Positions 19,236-29,037 are shown, counted from the first letter of the stretch. The stretch is DNA of 64,000 nt from Pseudomonadota bacterium (GCA_020160955.1 JAIUOX010000009.1:34-64033); one strand, 5' to 3'. Notes: a model not told the origin generated them from the sequence alone. Made by a program: numbers and translations.

Positions 19236-22200
19236 TCAGACCGGGTCGTGGGCGTTGAAATTGAAGGTCACGATCAGGTCGTTGTAGTCGCGGTCGGAGT
19301 GGCCGCCGCTCACCGACAGGTCCTCGATGCCGAAGGTGACGCCGCGATCGGCCTGGCCCAGCGTCACGATCTGCACGTCGCCGTGCGGGTTGGCTGCCGC
19401 GTAGGACGAGAACATCGTCGCCGGGTTGTTGTTCACGATCAGCAGCAGGCCGTAGTTCTTGGCCGGATCGATCGAGATATCGCGCAGCACGGCCTGCTGG
19501 CCGTAGCCCGGCAGTTCCTGCGGCCCGAACACCAGCCCGGCGGCCTGCGCCTTGTCGAGCGCCGCCCGCAGGTAGCCGGCGTCGCCGGGCGCCAGCGTGG
19601 TGCCCTGCGCGTCCACCGCGCCGCTGGCGCGGTCGGCCTCGTAGAGCGCGAGGCCGTTCTGCTGGCTGGCCAGCCGGAGCACCACGATCGCGGGATGGTC
19701 GCCCGAGATGCCCTGCAGGATGGAACGGGTTCCGCCCAGCATGTAGTTGGCCTGGTAGCCGCCCTCGAAGGTCGCGAGCACGCTGTTGGCGCCGACCTGC
19801 ATGTCGGTCAGGGCGAGCGCATGGCCGCCGATCATCGCGGTCGGCAGCCATACGCCCTCATCGATCAGCCCGTTGGCCGCGCCGATGCTGCCAAGGGCCT
19901 TGTGTTCGGACGCGAGCCACGCGGCGGTCGAGAAGGTGCCGTAGGGCAGGGCGCCTGCCTCGCGCCCCGTGGCGTCGGACAGCAGCGAGATCGAGTGGCC
20001 GTCGCGCATCGATTGCAGGCCGAAGGTCACGGCGCCCGCGTGATCGTCCATGCGCGTCACGGCGGTGGCGCTGGCGCGGGTCAGCACCAGCAGGTTGTCG
20101 ACCAGGGTGCCGTCCACGATCTTGTTGCCGAGGAAGCTGAGCGCCGGCGTCCATTCTTGCGGCGCCGGGTCGTAGAACAGCGGGTTGGTCGGCCAGTTGG
20201 CCGGGTTGAAGCCGCTGGCCGAGAACGGGTTGGTCGTCCACAGGTTCTGCCAGAGGTTGCCGATGTAGGTGATGTCGCCATAGGTGACGCAGCCGCCGAT
20301 CTCGCCGCCGTACTTGGCGCTGTTGACCAGCGGGAAGATGGTGAACGGGTTGCCCGACAGCAGGCCGTTCAGGGGGTCGAGGGCGGAGAAGGCGGGGCCG
20401 AGGTCCATGTGGCCCTGCGCGTTGTCGAGCAGGATGTTGCCCTCGGCGGTGACGTAGCGGGTGCCGCCGTCGGTATAGATCACGTTGCCGCCGCCGCCCG
20501 CGCGCTTGTCGTAGAAGTAGTTGTCGCGGATCTCGGTGCCGTTGGCGAGGCTGGTGCCCTGGAAGCCGGTCGTGTAGACGGCGCCGCCGTCCCACAGCGT
20601 CTGCAGGAAGCGCGTGATGGTGTTCGAGACGATCCGGTTGCCCTGCATGATGGTCGGGTCGTTCGACGGGTAGGGCGCCAGCCCGGGCCCCCACATGCCG
20701 GGGTCGGCGCCGGGCAGCCCGGCGAAGCCGCCCGCGTCCATCAGGCCCCAGCCCCACCCCATGGCGATGCCCGCCCACGGCACGTCGGCGATGTAGTTGT
20801 CGGAGATCTCGGTGTTCTGCGCGAAGCCGATGAAGATGCCCGCGGCGTCGACGAACTCGGCGCCGGCGTGGCCGATGACGTTGCCGGAGATCGTGTTGTC
20901 GCGGGTGATCCCGGCATCCGTGGCGGGCCGCGCGTCGGCCGCCGAGATGCCGCCGAACTGGATCGCCGCCGACGAGATGTCGTCGAAGATGCTGTTGTAG
21001 ATGGCGTTGCCCTGCGCGCCGGGCAGGAAATCGATACCGACGCCGCCGAGGTGGCTGAACCGGCTGTCCGAGAAGACGATGTTGACGCCGTGGTCGATCG
21101 AGATGTTGCCCGGCGTGCGCTCGAGGTCCTGGACGTGGCCGATGACGTTGGTCGGATGGCCGCCGCCGACCACGCGGAAGCCGCTCTGGTCGGAAACGTA
21201 GCCGTCCGCCCCGTTGGGCGCGAGCCAGGTGGCGTAGCGGAAGTCGAGGCCGTCGAACACCAGGTTGGAGACCGGCGCCGCCGCCGTGCCCTGGCCGACC
21301 AGCAACTGCTCCAGCCTCGGCATCTGCACGTCGTGCGCGTTGGGATCGAAACCCGCCTCGCCCACCAGGTAGAGATCGCCGGTGCCGCGATCGAGGTACC
21401 ATTCGCGCGGCTGGTCGAGGAACTGGTAGGCGTTCTCGAACTTGGTCACCCGCCAGAAGCTCCAGATGCCCGGGCCCTCGACCACCGGCTGGCCGGTCGT
21501 CGGGTCGGTGATCGTGAGCGAGACGTTCGACTGGATGGTCGCGCTGCCCGGCAGGTCGATGGGCTGGCTGAGCGTGACCAGGTTGTAGCTGGTGTCGACG
21601 GCGGTGATCGTCGTGCCGGCCTGCACGCCGATCCCGGTGACGTTCATCCCGACCTCGATGCCCTGCGTCGAGTGCTCGCCGTTCAGGAGCGCGATCGGGA
21701 CGCCCTCGACCAGCGTCGCGGTCGGCGCGGCGCGCGACAGGTTGGCGTTGGTCCAGGCCGAGGCCGAATCGTCGAGCCGCAGCAGCCCGGGAACGAGGCC
21801 GACCTGCGGCGTCACCGACTGCAGCGGCACCGACATCATCTTCCACTGGTCGTAGACCACCGCCTCGATGTCGGAGAGGTTGGTCCAGGTCGTCGGGTCG
21901 CGCCAGTTGGCACCGTTCGCGGTGGTCACCGCGTAGCTGATGCCGTCGAGGTTGTCCGACATGTTGGAGGTCGGGCGAAAGCCCTCGGGGTAGACCGGGT
22001 TGTCGGTCGTGCCGGCCGGGTTGCTTTCCGCCCGGGTCGCGCGGTCGCCATCGACGTAGAGCTGGCGGGTGTCGATGCCGGTCCCGACATGGGCCTTCCA
22101 CAGGCTCGCGCCGGCCGCGAGGTCGAGGCCGGGATGGCTCACCGCCGTCCAGCCGGTGACCGCCTCGCCGCCCGAGAGGATCGGCGTCTCGCCCGCGACC

Positions 22201-22436
22201 GCCTCGTAGCGAACCACGTGACCGTTGGTGCCCGAGTCGGCGGCGGTGAAGGTGAGGGGGGCCGACAGCTGGTAGGTGCCGCCGCCGATCCGGACCGTGA
22301 TGTCGTCGGCCTGCGGCCCGGCCGCGAGGATGTCGCGGACCGCCTGCTGCGCGGCCTCGATGCTGTCGAAGGGATTGTCGCGGCTGCCGTCGCCGAAGGG
22401 ACTGCCATCGACCGCGACCCAGATGGTGCTGGCCAT
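19236..22436 (-). CDS. Large right-handed beta-helix protein (GH141-like) with C-terminal DUF4114-like motif
   Basis: GDGSRDNPF...GGTYQL...DSGTNG...PILSGG; Asn-ladder repeats, DGGAVYT, IYTDGG; C-terminus FGIEDL...SDRDYNDLIV. Confidence 0.75.
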   Translation of the reverse strand: MASTIWVAVDGSPFGDGSRDNPFDSIEAAQQAVRDILAAGPQADDITVRIGGGTYQLSAPLTFTAADSGTNGHVVRYEAVAGETPILSGGEAVTGWTAVSHPGLDLAAGASLWKAHVGTGIDTRQLYVDGDRATRAESNPAGTTDNPVYPEGFRPTSNMSDNLDGISYAVTTANGANWRDPTTWTNLSDIEAVVYDQWKMMSVPLQSVTPQVGLVPGLLRLDDSASAWTNANLSRAAPTATLVEGVPIALLNGEHSTQGIEVGMNVTGIGVQAGTTITAVDTSYNLVTLSQPIDLPGSATIQSNVSLTITDPTTGQPVVEGPGIWSFWRVTKFENAYQFLDQPREWYLDRGTGDLYLVGEAGFDPNAHDVQMPRLEQLLVGQGTAAAPVSNLVFDGLDFRYATWLAPNGADGYVSDQSGFRVVGGGHPTNVIGHVQDLERTPGNISIDHGVNIVFSDSRFSHLGGVGIDFLPGAQGNAIYNSIFDDISSAAIQFGGISAADARPATDAGITRDNTISGNVIGHAGAEFVDAAGIFIGFAQNTEISDNYIADVPWAGIAMGWGWGLMDAGGFAGLPGADPGMWGPGLAPYPSNDPTIMQGNRIVSNTITRFLQTLWDGGAVYTTGFQGTSLANGTEIRDNYFYDKRAGGGGNVIYTDGGTRYVTAEGNILLDNAQGHMDLGPAFSALDPLNGLLSGNPFTIFPLVNSAKYGGEIGGCVTYGDITYIGNLWQNLWTTNPFSASGFNPANWPTNPLFYDPAPQEWTPALSFLGNKIVDGTLVDNLLVLTRASATAVTRMDDHAGAVTFGLQSMRDGHSISLLSDATGREAGALPYGTFSTAAWLASEHKALGSIGAANGLIDEGVWLPTAMIGGHALALTDMQVGANSVLATFEGGYQANYMLGGTRSILQGISGDHPAIVVLRLASQQNGLALYEADRASGAVDAQGTTLAPGDAGYLRAALDKAQAAGLVFGPQELPGYGQQAVLRDISIDPAKNYGLLLIVNNNPATMFSSYAAANPHGDVQIVTLGQADRGVTFGIEDLSVSGGHSDRDYNDLIVTFNFNAHDPV

Positions 22437-22552
22437 CCTGCCTTACCCTCTTCGCTGACCAGCTCCCCGTCGTGCCGACAGCATACCGCGCGACCGGCGC
22501 GGCGTACAGCGAGCCGGCTGGCGTCGCCGGCATCCTGGGTTATTGTCGCGCG

Positions 22553-23875
22553 ATGCTGCCGCAGGAAATCATCCGCAAGAAGCGCGACGGGAACGAGCTC
22601 TCGGCCGACGAGATCGCCTTCGTCACGCGGGGCATCCACGACGGCAGCCTGGGCGAGGGCCAGGTCGCGGCCTTCGCGATGGCGGTATTCTTCCGCGGCA
22701 TGACGACCGAGGAGCGGGTGGCGCTGACGCTCGGCCTGACCCGCTCGGGCCGCGTGCTGGAGTGGAAGAGCCTCGGCCTGCCGGGGCCGGTGATCGACAA
22801 GCATTCGAGCGGCGGCGTCGGCGACAAGGTCAGCCTGATGCTGGCGCCGCTGGTCGCGGCCTGCGGCGGTTTCGTGCCGATGATCTCGGGCCGCGGGCTG
22901 GGCCACACCGGCGGCACGCTCGACAAGCTGACGGCGATCCCGGGCTACGTTACCCAGCCCGACATCGACACCTTCCGCCGCGTCGTGCGCGAGGTCGGCT
23001 GCGCCATCATCGGCCAGACCGACGACCTCGCGCCGGCCGATCGCCGCCTCTACGCCATCCGCGACGTCACCGCGACGGTCGAGTCGATCCCGCTGCTGGT
23101 CAGCTCGATCCTGTCGAAGAAGATCGCGGCCGGGCTCGACGGGCTGGTGATGGACGTGAAGTGCGGCTCGGGCGCGTTCTGCGATACCGAGGAGATGGCG
23201 CGCGACCTCGCGCAGAGCCTGGTCGCGGTGGCCAACCAGGCCGGCCTGCCGACCGTGGCGCTGATCACCGACATGGACCGCGTGCTGGGCGACAGCGTCG
23301 GCAACGCGCTCGAGATCGCCGAGACCGTCGCCTACCTGAAGGGCGAGGGGCCGCGCGAGCCGCGCCTGCACGACGTCACGCTGGCGCTGGCCGGCGAGAT
23401 GCTGGCGCTGGGCGGGCTGGCGCCGAGCGCCGCGGCCGGCCGGGCGCGCGCCGAGGCGGCGCTCGACGATGGCCGCGCCGCGGCGACCTTCGCGCGCATG
23501 GTGACGGCGCTGGGCGGGCCGGCCGACTTCCTCGAGCGGTCCACGCGCTACCTGCCGACCGCGCCGGTGGTGCGGGCCTGTACCGCGCAGCACGCCGGCC
23601 ACGTCGCCGGCATGGATGCGCGCCAGGTCGGCATCGCCGTGGTGACGCTGGGCGGCGGCCGCACCAACGCCGCCGACACGATCGATCCCGCGGTCGGGCT
23701 GACCGGCATGGTCGAGGTCGGCCGCGCGGTGCGCACCGGCGATCCGCTGTGCCTCGTCCATGCCGCCAGCGAGGCCGACGCCGACCGGGCCATCGCGATC
23801 GTGCGGCAGGCGATCTACATCGCCGACTCCGCGCTGCCCGAGGTCCCGGTGGTGATGGAGCGGGTGGCGCGGTGA
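22553..23875 (+). CDS. deoA: Thymidine phosphorylase
   Basis: MLPQEIIRKKRDG, DKHSSGGVGDK, SGRGLGHTGGTLDKL, SILSKK. Confidence 0.95.
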   Translation: MLPQEIIRKKRDGNELSADEIAFVTRGIHDGSLGEGQVAAFAMAVFFRGMTTEERVALTLGLTRSGRVLEWKSLGLPGPVIDKHSSGGVGDKVSLMLAPLVAACGGFVPMISGRGLGHTGGTLDKLTAIPGYVTQPDIDTFRRVVREVGCAIIGQTDDLAPADRRLYAIRDVTATVESIPLLVSSILSKKIAAGLDGLVMDVKCGSGAFCDTEEMARDLAQSLVAVANQAGLPTVALITDMDRVLGDSVGNALEIAETVAYLKGEGPREPRLHDVTLALAGEMLALGGLAPSAAAGRARAEAALDDGRAAATFARMVTALGGPADFLERSTRYLPTAPVVRACTAQHAGHVAGMDARQVGIAVVTLGGGRTNAADTIDPAVGLTGMVEVGRAVRTGDPLCLVHAASEADADRAIAIVRQAIYIADSALPEVPVVMERVAR

Positions 23876-24681
23876 GCGTCGACCTCGCCGCCTGGCAGCG
23901 CGACGGCTTCCTGGTGCTGCCGGGCTTCCTGCCGGCCGCCGACTGCGACGCGCTGCAGGAAAGGGCGGCCGAGCTGGTCGCCGGCTACGATCCCGGACCG
24001 GCACGCACGGTGTTCTCGACCCGCGACCAGGGCCATGCCCGCGACCGCACCTTCCGCGAGTCGGGCGACGCCATCCGCTTCTTCTTCGAGGAGGAGGCGA
24101 CCGACCAGCCGGTGCCGCTGGCGCTGAACAAGATCGGCCACGCTCTGCACGACCTCGATCCCGTGTTCGACCGGGTGTCGCGCCGACCCGAACTGGCGGC
24201 GCTGGCCGGGGCGCTGGGCCTCGAACGGCCGCTGCTCGTGCAGTCGATGTACCTGTTCAAGCAGCCGCACATCGGCGGCGAGGTCGGCTGGCACCAGGAC
24301 GCGACCTACCTCTACACGCGGCCCTCGACGGTCACCGGCTTCTGGATCGCGCTGGACGACGCCGACCGCGACAACGGTTGCCTGGTGGCGCTGCCGGGCG
24401 GCCATCGCGGCCCGCTGCGCCAGCGCTTCCGCCGCCGCGGCGAGGCGCTGGTCAGCGAGACGGTCGATGCGACGCCGTGGCCCGACACGCCACCGGTCGC
24501 TCTGGAGGCGCCGCGCGGCACGCTGGTCGTGCTGCACGGGCTCTTGCCGCATGCCAGCGCGCCCAACCGCTCGGGCCGGCCGCGCCACGCCTATGCCTTG
24601 CACGTGGTGGACGGAAAGGCCGATTATGCGACCGACAATTGGTTGCAAAGGCCGAACCGGCCACCGCGAGGTTTTGCGTGA
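23872..24681 (+). CDS. Fe(II)/2-oxoglutarate dioxygenase, PhyH family (PHYHD1-like)
   Basis: GTGA overlap with deoA; NKIGHALH, QSMYLFKQPHIGGEV, WHQD, LPHASAPNRS..R. Confidence 0.9.
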   Translation: MSVDLAAWQRDGFLVLPGFLPAADCDALQERAAELVAGYDPGPARTVFSTRDQGHARDRTFRESGDAIRFFFEEEATDQPVPLALNKIGHALHDLDPVFDRVSRRPELAALAGALGLERPLLVQSMYLFKQPHIGGEVGWHQDATYLYTRPSTVTGFWIALDDADRDNGCLVALPGGHRGPLRQRFRRRGEALVSETVDATPWPDTPPVALEAPRGTLVVLHGLLPHASAPNRSGRPRHAYALHVVDGKADYATDNWLQRPNRPPRGFA

Positions 24682-25637
24682 TTCCCAAGGCCGAACTGCA
24701 CGTCCACCTCGAGGGATCGATCCCGACGGCGCTGGCCCGCGACCTCGCGCGGCGCAACGGGCTCGACCTGCCGGATGGGTTGTTCACGGCCGACGGCTTC
24801 TACGCCATGACCGACTTCCTGAGCTTCCTCGACGCCTACGACCGCGTCTGCACGACGCTGCGCACGGCGCGCGACTTCGGCGACGTGATGTATGGCTACC
24901 TCGCCAGCGCCGCCCGCGAGGGCGCGGTCTACGTCGAGATGTTCTGCTCGCCCGAGCGGCCGGCGGCGCTCGGCATCTCGTACGGCGCCTGGCTCGATGC
25001 GCTCGAGCAGGCGATCGACCGGGCGCGGGCCGAGTTCGGCATCGAGGGACGCATCATCGTCGTCTGCATCCGCCACCTCGGCCCGGAGCGCGCCCTGGCG
25101 GTCGTGCGCACCATGCTGGCCGAGCCGCACCACTACGTGGTCGGCTTCGGCATGGGCGGCGACGAGGCCAAGTTCCGGCCGGCCGACTTCGCGCCGGCCT
25201 ACCGGCTGGCGCACGACAAGGGTTACGGCTGCACCATCCATGCCGGCGAGGTGGTCGGTCCGGAGAGCGTGTGGGCGGCGATCGACGACCTGCCGGTGAC
25301 CCGCATCGGCCACGGCGTGCGCTCGGCCGACGACCCGCGCCTGATGGAGACGCTGGCCCGGCGCAACATCGTGCTGGAGGTCTGTCCCGGCAGCAACGTC
25401 GCGCTCGGCCTCTACCCCGACCGCGCCGCGCACCCGCTGCACCGGCTGATCGCGGCCGGCGTGCCGTTGACGCTCAATTCCGACGACCCGCCGTTCTTCC
25501 ACACCACGCTCGGCACGGAATATGCCAAGGCCGGGCTGGACGAACGTACGCTGCGCGGCATCACGCGCACGGCGATCGCGGCCTCGTTCGCCGACGCGGC
25601 GACCAAGACGAAACTGCTCGAGGAGATCGGCCCGTGA
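24678..25637 (+). CDS. add: Adenosine/adenine deaminase
   Basis: PKAELHVHLEGS, HAGE, RIGHG, EVCPGSN, NSDDP. Confidence 0.93.
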   Translation: MIPKAELHVHLEGSIPTALARDLARRNGLDLPDGLFTADGFYAMTDFLSFLDAYDRVCTTLRTARDFGDVMYGYLASAAREGAVYVEMFCSPERPAALGISYGAWLDALEQAIDRARAEFGIEGRIIVVCIRHLGPERALAVVRTMLAEPHHYVVGFGMGGDEAKFRPADFAPAYRLAHDKGYGCTIHAGEVVGPESVWAAIDDLPVTRIGHGVRSADDPRLMETLARRNIVLEVCPGSNVALGLYPDRAAHPLHRLIAAGVPLTLNSDDPPFFHTTLGTEYAKAGLDERTLRGITRTAIAASFADAATKTKLLEEIGP

Positions 25638-26527
25638 TTCTGAGAAAGCTGCTGTCGGCCGGCGCGCTGCTGGCCCTCGCGTCGACCGCGACGCTGTCGA
25701 CGGTGACCCTGGCGACCGTGACCCTGGCGACCGCGCCCGCGCTCGCCCAGGCGCCGCCGCCGCACGACCTCTTGCTGGCCACCCTGTGGACCCAGCGCGC
25801 GGTCGAGTACAAGGCCAATGCCCTCACCGTGTACGCGCTGGCCCGGCTGCGGCTCGACGAGGCGCTGGCCGACAAGACCTGGACCGCGGCGCCCGGCGAG
25901 CAGAAGGGCGACTTCGCCGCGCTGCCGCCGGCCGTGGTGCTCGACGTCGACGAGACCGTGCTCGACAACTCGCTCTACCAGGCCTGGATGATGAAGAACG
26001 ACCAGACCTTCAGCGTGAAGACCTGGAACCAGTTCTGCGCCGACCAGGTGTCGCGCGCCATCCCGGGCGCGGTCGAGTTCACGAAGTACGCCGACTCGAA
26101 GGGCGTGAAGGTGTTCTACGTCACCAACCGCGGCGCCGAGACCGAGAAGGACACGCGCGCCAACATGGAGAAGCTCGGCTTCCCGATGGGCGGCAACGTC
26201 GACACCTTCCTGATGCAGAACGAGAAGGAAGGCTGGGGCAGCGCCAAGAGCACGCGCCGCGCCGCGATCGCCAAGGACTACCGGATCCTGCTGAACCTCG
26301 GCGACAATTTCGGCGACTTCGACGACCGCTATCGCAGCGGCGAGGCCGACCGCATCAAGGCCTACGAGTCCGACAGCGCCTACTGGGGCAAGCAGTGGCT
26401 GATGCTGCCCAACCCGACCTACGGCTCGTTCGACACGGCGACCTACGGCCACGACTTCAAGAAGCCGCTGGCCGAGCAGCGCAAGGCCAAGTGGGACGCG
26501 ATCGAGGGCTGGTCGGGGCCGAAGTAG
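25634..26527 (+). CDS. Class C acid phosphatase / 5'-nucleotidase (e(P4)-like HAD)
   Basis: LDVDETVLDNS, VTNR, GDNFGDF, LPNPTYG; signal peptide ending ALA-Q. Confidence 0.9.
   Translation: MILRKLLSAGALLALASTATLSTVTLATVTLATAPALAQAPPPHDLLLATLWTQRAVEYKANALTVYALARLRLDEALADKTWTAAPGEQKGDFAALPPAVVLDVDETVLDNSLYQAWMMKNDQTFSVKTWNQFCADQVSRAIPGAVEFTKYADSKGVKVFYVTNRGAETEKDTRANMEKLGFPMGGNVDTFLMQNEKEGWGSAKSTRRAAIAKDYRILLNLGDNFGDFDDRYRSGEADRIKAYESDSAYWGKQWLMLPNPTYGSFDTATYGHDFKKPLAEQRKAKWDAIEGWSGPK
25684..25735 (+). repeat. Degenerate 15-bp tandem repeat in signal-peptide coding region
   Basis: GACCGCGACGCTGTC GACGGTGACCCTGGC GACCGTGACCCTGGC GACCGCG (TATLS-TVTLA-TVTLA-TA). Confidence 0.7.
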
Positions 26528-26539
26528 GGCCGCCGTCGC

Positions 26540-27826
26540 TCAGCCGGCGTAGGCGGCGCGCAACGCGCCGTCGGCCCACGCCACCGCCTCGGCGGCGGAC
26601 TGGCCACGCACCGCGCGGGCATACATCTGCGGCACGACGAAGCGCGACAGGCTGCGGGCGGCGCCGGCATGCGGCGGGCCGGGCCAGCCCGGCGCGCGGC
26701 CGGTGCGGGCGGCGGCGCGGAACGGCGCCAGCACCGGGTCGGCGTCCCACGCCGGGTCGCCTTCCCAGCGCCCCGTGCAGGGCGTCGAGAAGCCCTGCTG
26801 CGAGCGGAAGAACCGGCCATAGGCCTCCGGCGCATACAGCCAGTCGAGGAAGTCCTTCGCGGCGGCGGGGTCGGGCGCGTAGCGCATCAGCAGGAGCGAC
26901 TGCAGCAGGTGCAGGCCGGGCGCGCCGCCCGGCCCGGCGGGCAGCGGCGCGTGGACGATGTCGTCCGCCAGCGGCGCGCCCGTCGCCGTGCGGTAGCGCT
27001 CGGGCTGGCGCCGCGCCGCCAGGTAGATCGAGGCGCCGTTGAGCGTCCCGCCGATCTCCTGGGCGAGGAAGGCGCGGTTGTTGCCGGTGTCGTCCCAGTC
27101 GAACCCCCGGGGATCCATCGCGTCGGCCCACAGGCCCTGGAAGAAGCGCACCGACTCGATCGTCTCGGGCGCGTGGATCGCCACGGTGCGGCCGTCGGCC
27201 TCGACTTCCTTGCCGCCCCACGACCACAGGTAGGGATAGGCGAAGCCGGGCGCATCGCCGAACGCGCGGCCGAGCGTCTGGCCGATCGGGCGGCCGCCCT
27301 GCTTCAGGGCCCGGCCGATCGCGCGGTACGAGTCCCAGGTCGCGGGCGGGCCCGCGCCGCCGGCCTCCTGCAGCCACGACTTGCGCCACGTGCCGAGGCT
27401 GCCGATCGTCACCCAGGGCAACGCCATGAAGCGCCGCCCGTCGCTGCACTGCGCCCGCGCGGCTTCGGTCCACCCGCCGTCGCGCGCGGCGATGCGCGCG
27501 GCGAGGTCGGCGAGGTCGACGGTGGCGTCGGCGGCGAGCCACGGCTGCTCGTTGAACGCCATGAACAGGTCGGGGCCGTTGCCGGCGCGGATCGCGCCGC
27601 GCATTCGCGGCAGCAGGTCGTTGCCGTTGACCGTCTCGAGCACGATCCGCAGGCCGAGCTCCTTCTCGGCCCGCGGCAGCAGCTCGTCGCGGAACAGCAG
27701 GTCGGTCTCGGGCACGAAGTCGACCCATTTCACCCAGTGCACGCTGCGCTGGCGCGCCAGCGCCGGGCCGGCGCCGGCCGCCACGAGCGCGGCGAGGCCG
27801 CGCGCGGTCGTGCGCCGGCGGATCAC
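26540..27826 (-). CDS. Extracellular solute-binding protein (sugar-type ABC SBP)
   Basis: GTG start overlapping the cyclase stop; IRRRT signal; WSWGGKEV, WDDTGNNRAF, LNGASIY; resembles the SBP at 43454. Confidence 0.8.
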   Translation of the reverse strand: MIRRRTTARGLAALVAAGAGPALARQRSVHWVKWVDFVPETDLLFRDELLPRAEKELGLRIVLETVNGNDLLPRMRGAIRAGNGPDLFMAFNEQPWLAADATVDLADLAARIAARDGGWTEAARAQCSDGRRFMALPWVTIGSLGTWRKSWLQEAGGAGPPATWDSYRAIGRALKQGGRPIGQTLGRAFGDAPGFAYPYLWSWGGKEVEADGRTVAIHAPETIESVRFFQGLWADAMDPRGFDWDDTGNNRAFLAQEIGGTLNGASIYLAARRQPERYRTATGAPLADDIVHAPLPAGPGGAPGLHLLQSLLLMRYAPDPAAAKDFLDWLYAPEAYGRFFRSQQGFSTPCTGRWEGDPAWDADPVLAPFRAAARTGRAPGWPGPPHAGAARSLSRFVVPQMYARAVRGQSAAEAVAWADGALRAAYAG

Positions 27827-29037
27827 AGCAGCGCCGGGTCGAGGGTGAACAGTTCCTCGGCGTGGCCGACCCCGCGCAGCGCGTAGCGCCCGACCGAGAC
27901 CAGCCCGCCGCGCTCGCCGGCCGGCAGGGCGGCGGCGAACCCGGAGGAGACCAGCACCGGCCGATCGACCGAACGGCACATCGAGGCGATGCGGCTCGCC
28001 TCGTTGACCGCCGGTCCGACCACCGTGAAGTCGAGCCGGTCGACGCTGCCGATGTTGCCGTAGAACACCTCGCCGAGGTGCAGCCCGACATAGACGCCGG
28101 TCGTCGGCCGCTCCTCGGCGCGGCGGCGCTCGTTCAGTTCGGCGACGCGGCGGCGCACGAGGCCCTCGGCCCGCAGCGCGCGGCGGCAGGCGTCGGACGG
28201 GGTGTCGCCGCGGAACACCGCCAGCGTGCCGTCGCCGATCAGTTTCAGGACGTCGCCGCCGGCCTCGTGGATGCCGGTGATGACCGCCTCGGCGTAGTCG
28301 TTCAGCAGCGGGATGATCTCGCCCGGCGGCGCGGTGTCGGTGATGGTCGTGAAGCCGCGCAGGTCGGAGAACCACAGCGCCGCCTCGATGCGGTCGGCGA
28401 CGCCGCGCCGGATGCGGCCCTCCAGCACGCGCCGGCCGGCATCGCGCCCGAGGTAGACCTCGACCAGCGTGTCGGCGACGCGCGCCAGCGCCGCGCCCTT
28501 GATCGCCAGCCCCAGCGCCGGCACCAGGCGCCGCAGCGCGGCGAGGTGGGTATCGTCGAAGCCGCCCGGCGCGCGGGTCACCCACGACGAGTAGACGCAG
28601 TCCATGTCGCCGATCGTGGCCTCGGCGGCGAAGCGGTGGACGAACACGACGTAGTCGGTGGCGCCGTTGGCCCGCGCCTCCTCGATCACCGAAAAGTCGG
28701 CCGGCTCGCCGGCGCCGACGCGGCGGCGCAGTTCCTCGGCCCCGGTCTGCAGCAGGTGGAAGAACGGGCTGCGCTGCCACGATTCGGCGATCTCGCCCTC
28801 GTTGCTCGGGCCGTAGCGGGCGGTCGGTTCTTCCGCGACGTCGTCGTTGCGCCAGCGGAACACCGTGCCCTCGTGTACCGGGTGCAGGGTGTCGATCAGC
28901 ACCAGCCCGCGCGACAGCGCCAGGCCGGCGGCGTTGACCTTCTCGCAGAACGTCCGCACCAGGTCGGCCTCGGAAATGCCGGCGAGGCCGCGGCGCACGA
29001 TCCAGTCGAGCAGGCGGTCGATGTCGGCGGCGTCCAT
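27823..29037 (-). CDS. Soluble class III adenylate cyclase
   Basis: FSDLRGFT, LKLIGDG, GLHLGEV, RLDFTVVGPAVNEASRI (Lys/Asp pair indicates ATP specificity). Confidence 0.9.
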   Translation of the reverse strand: MDAADIDRLLDWIVRRGLAGISEADLVRTFCEKVNAAGLALSRGLVLIDTLHPVHEGTVFRWRNDDVAEEPTARYGPSNEGEIAESWQRSPFFHLLQTGAEELRRRVGAGEPADFSVIEEARANGATDYVVFVHRFAAEATIGDMDCVYSSWVTRAPGGFDDTHLAALRRLVPALGLAIKGAALARVADTLVEVYLGRDAGRRVLEGRIRRGVADRIEAALWFSDLRGFTTITDTAPPGEIIPLLNDYAEAVITGIHEAGGDVLKLIGDGTLAVFRGDTPSDACRRALRAEGLVRRRVAELNERRRAEERPTTGVYVGLHLGEVFYGNIGSVDRLDFTVVGPAVNEASRIASMCRSVDRPVLVSSGFAAALPAGERGGLVSVGRYALRGVGHAEELFTLDPALL

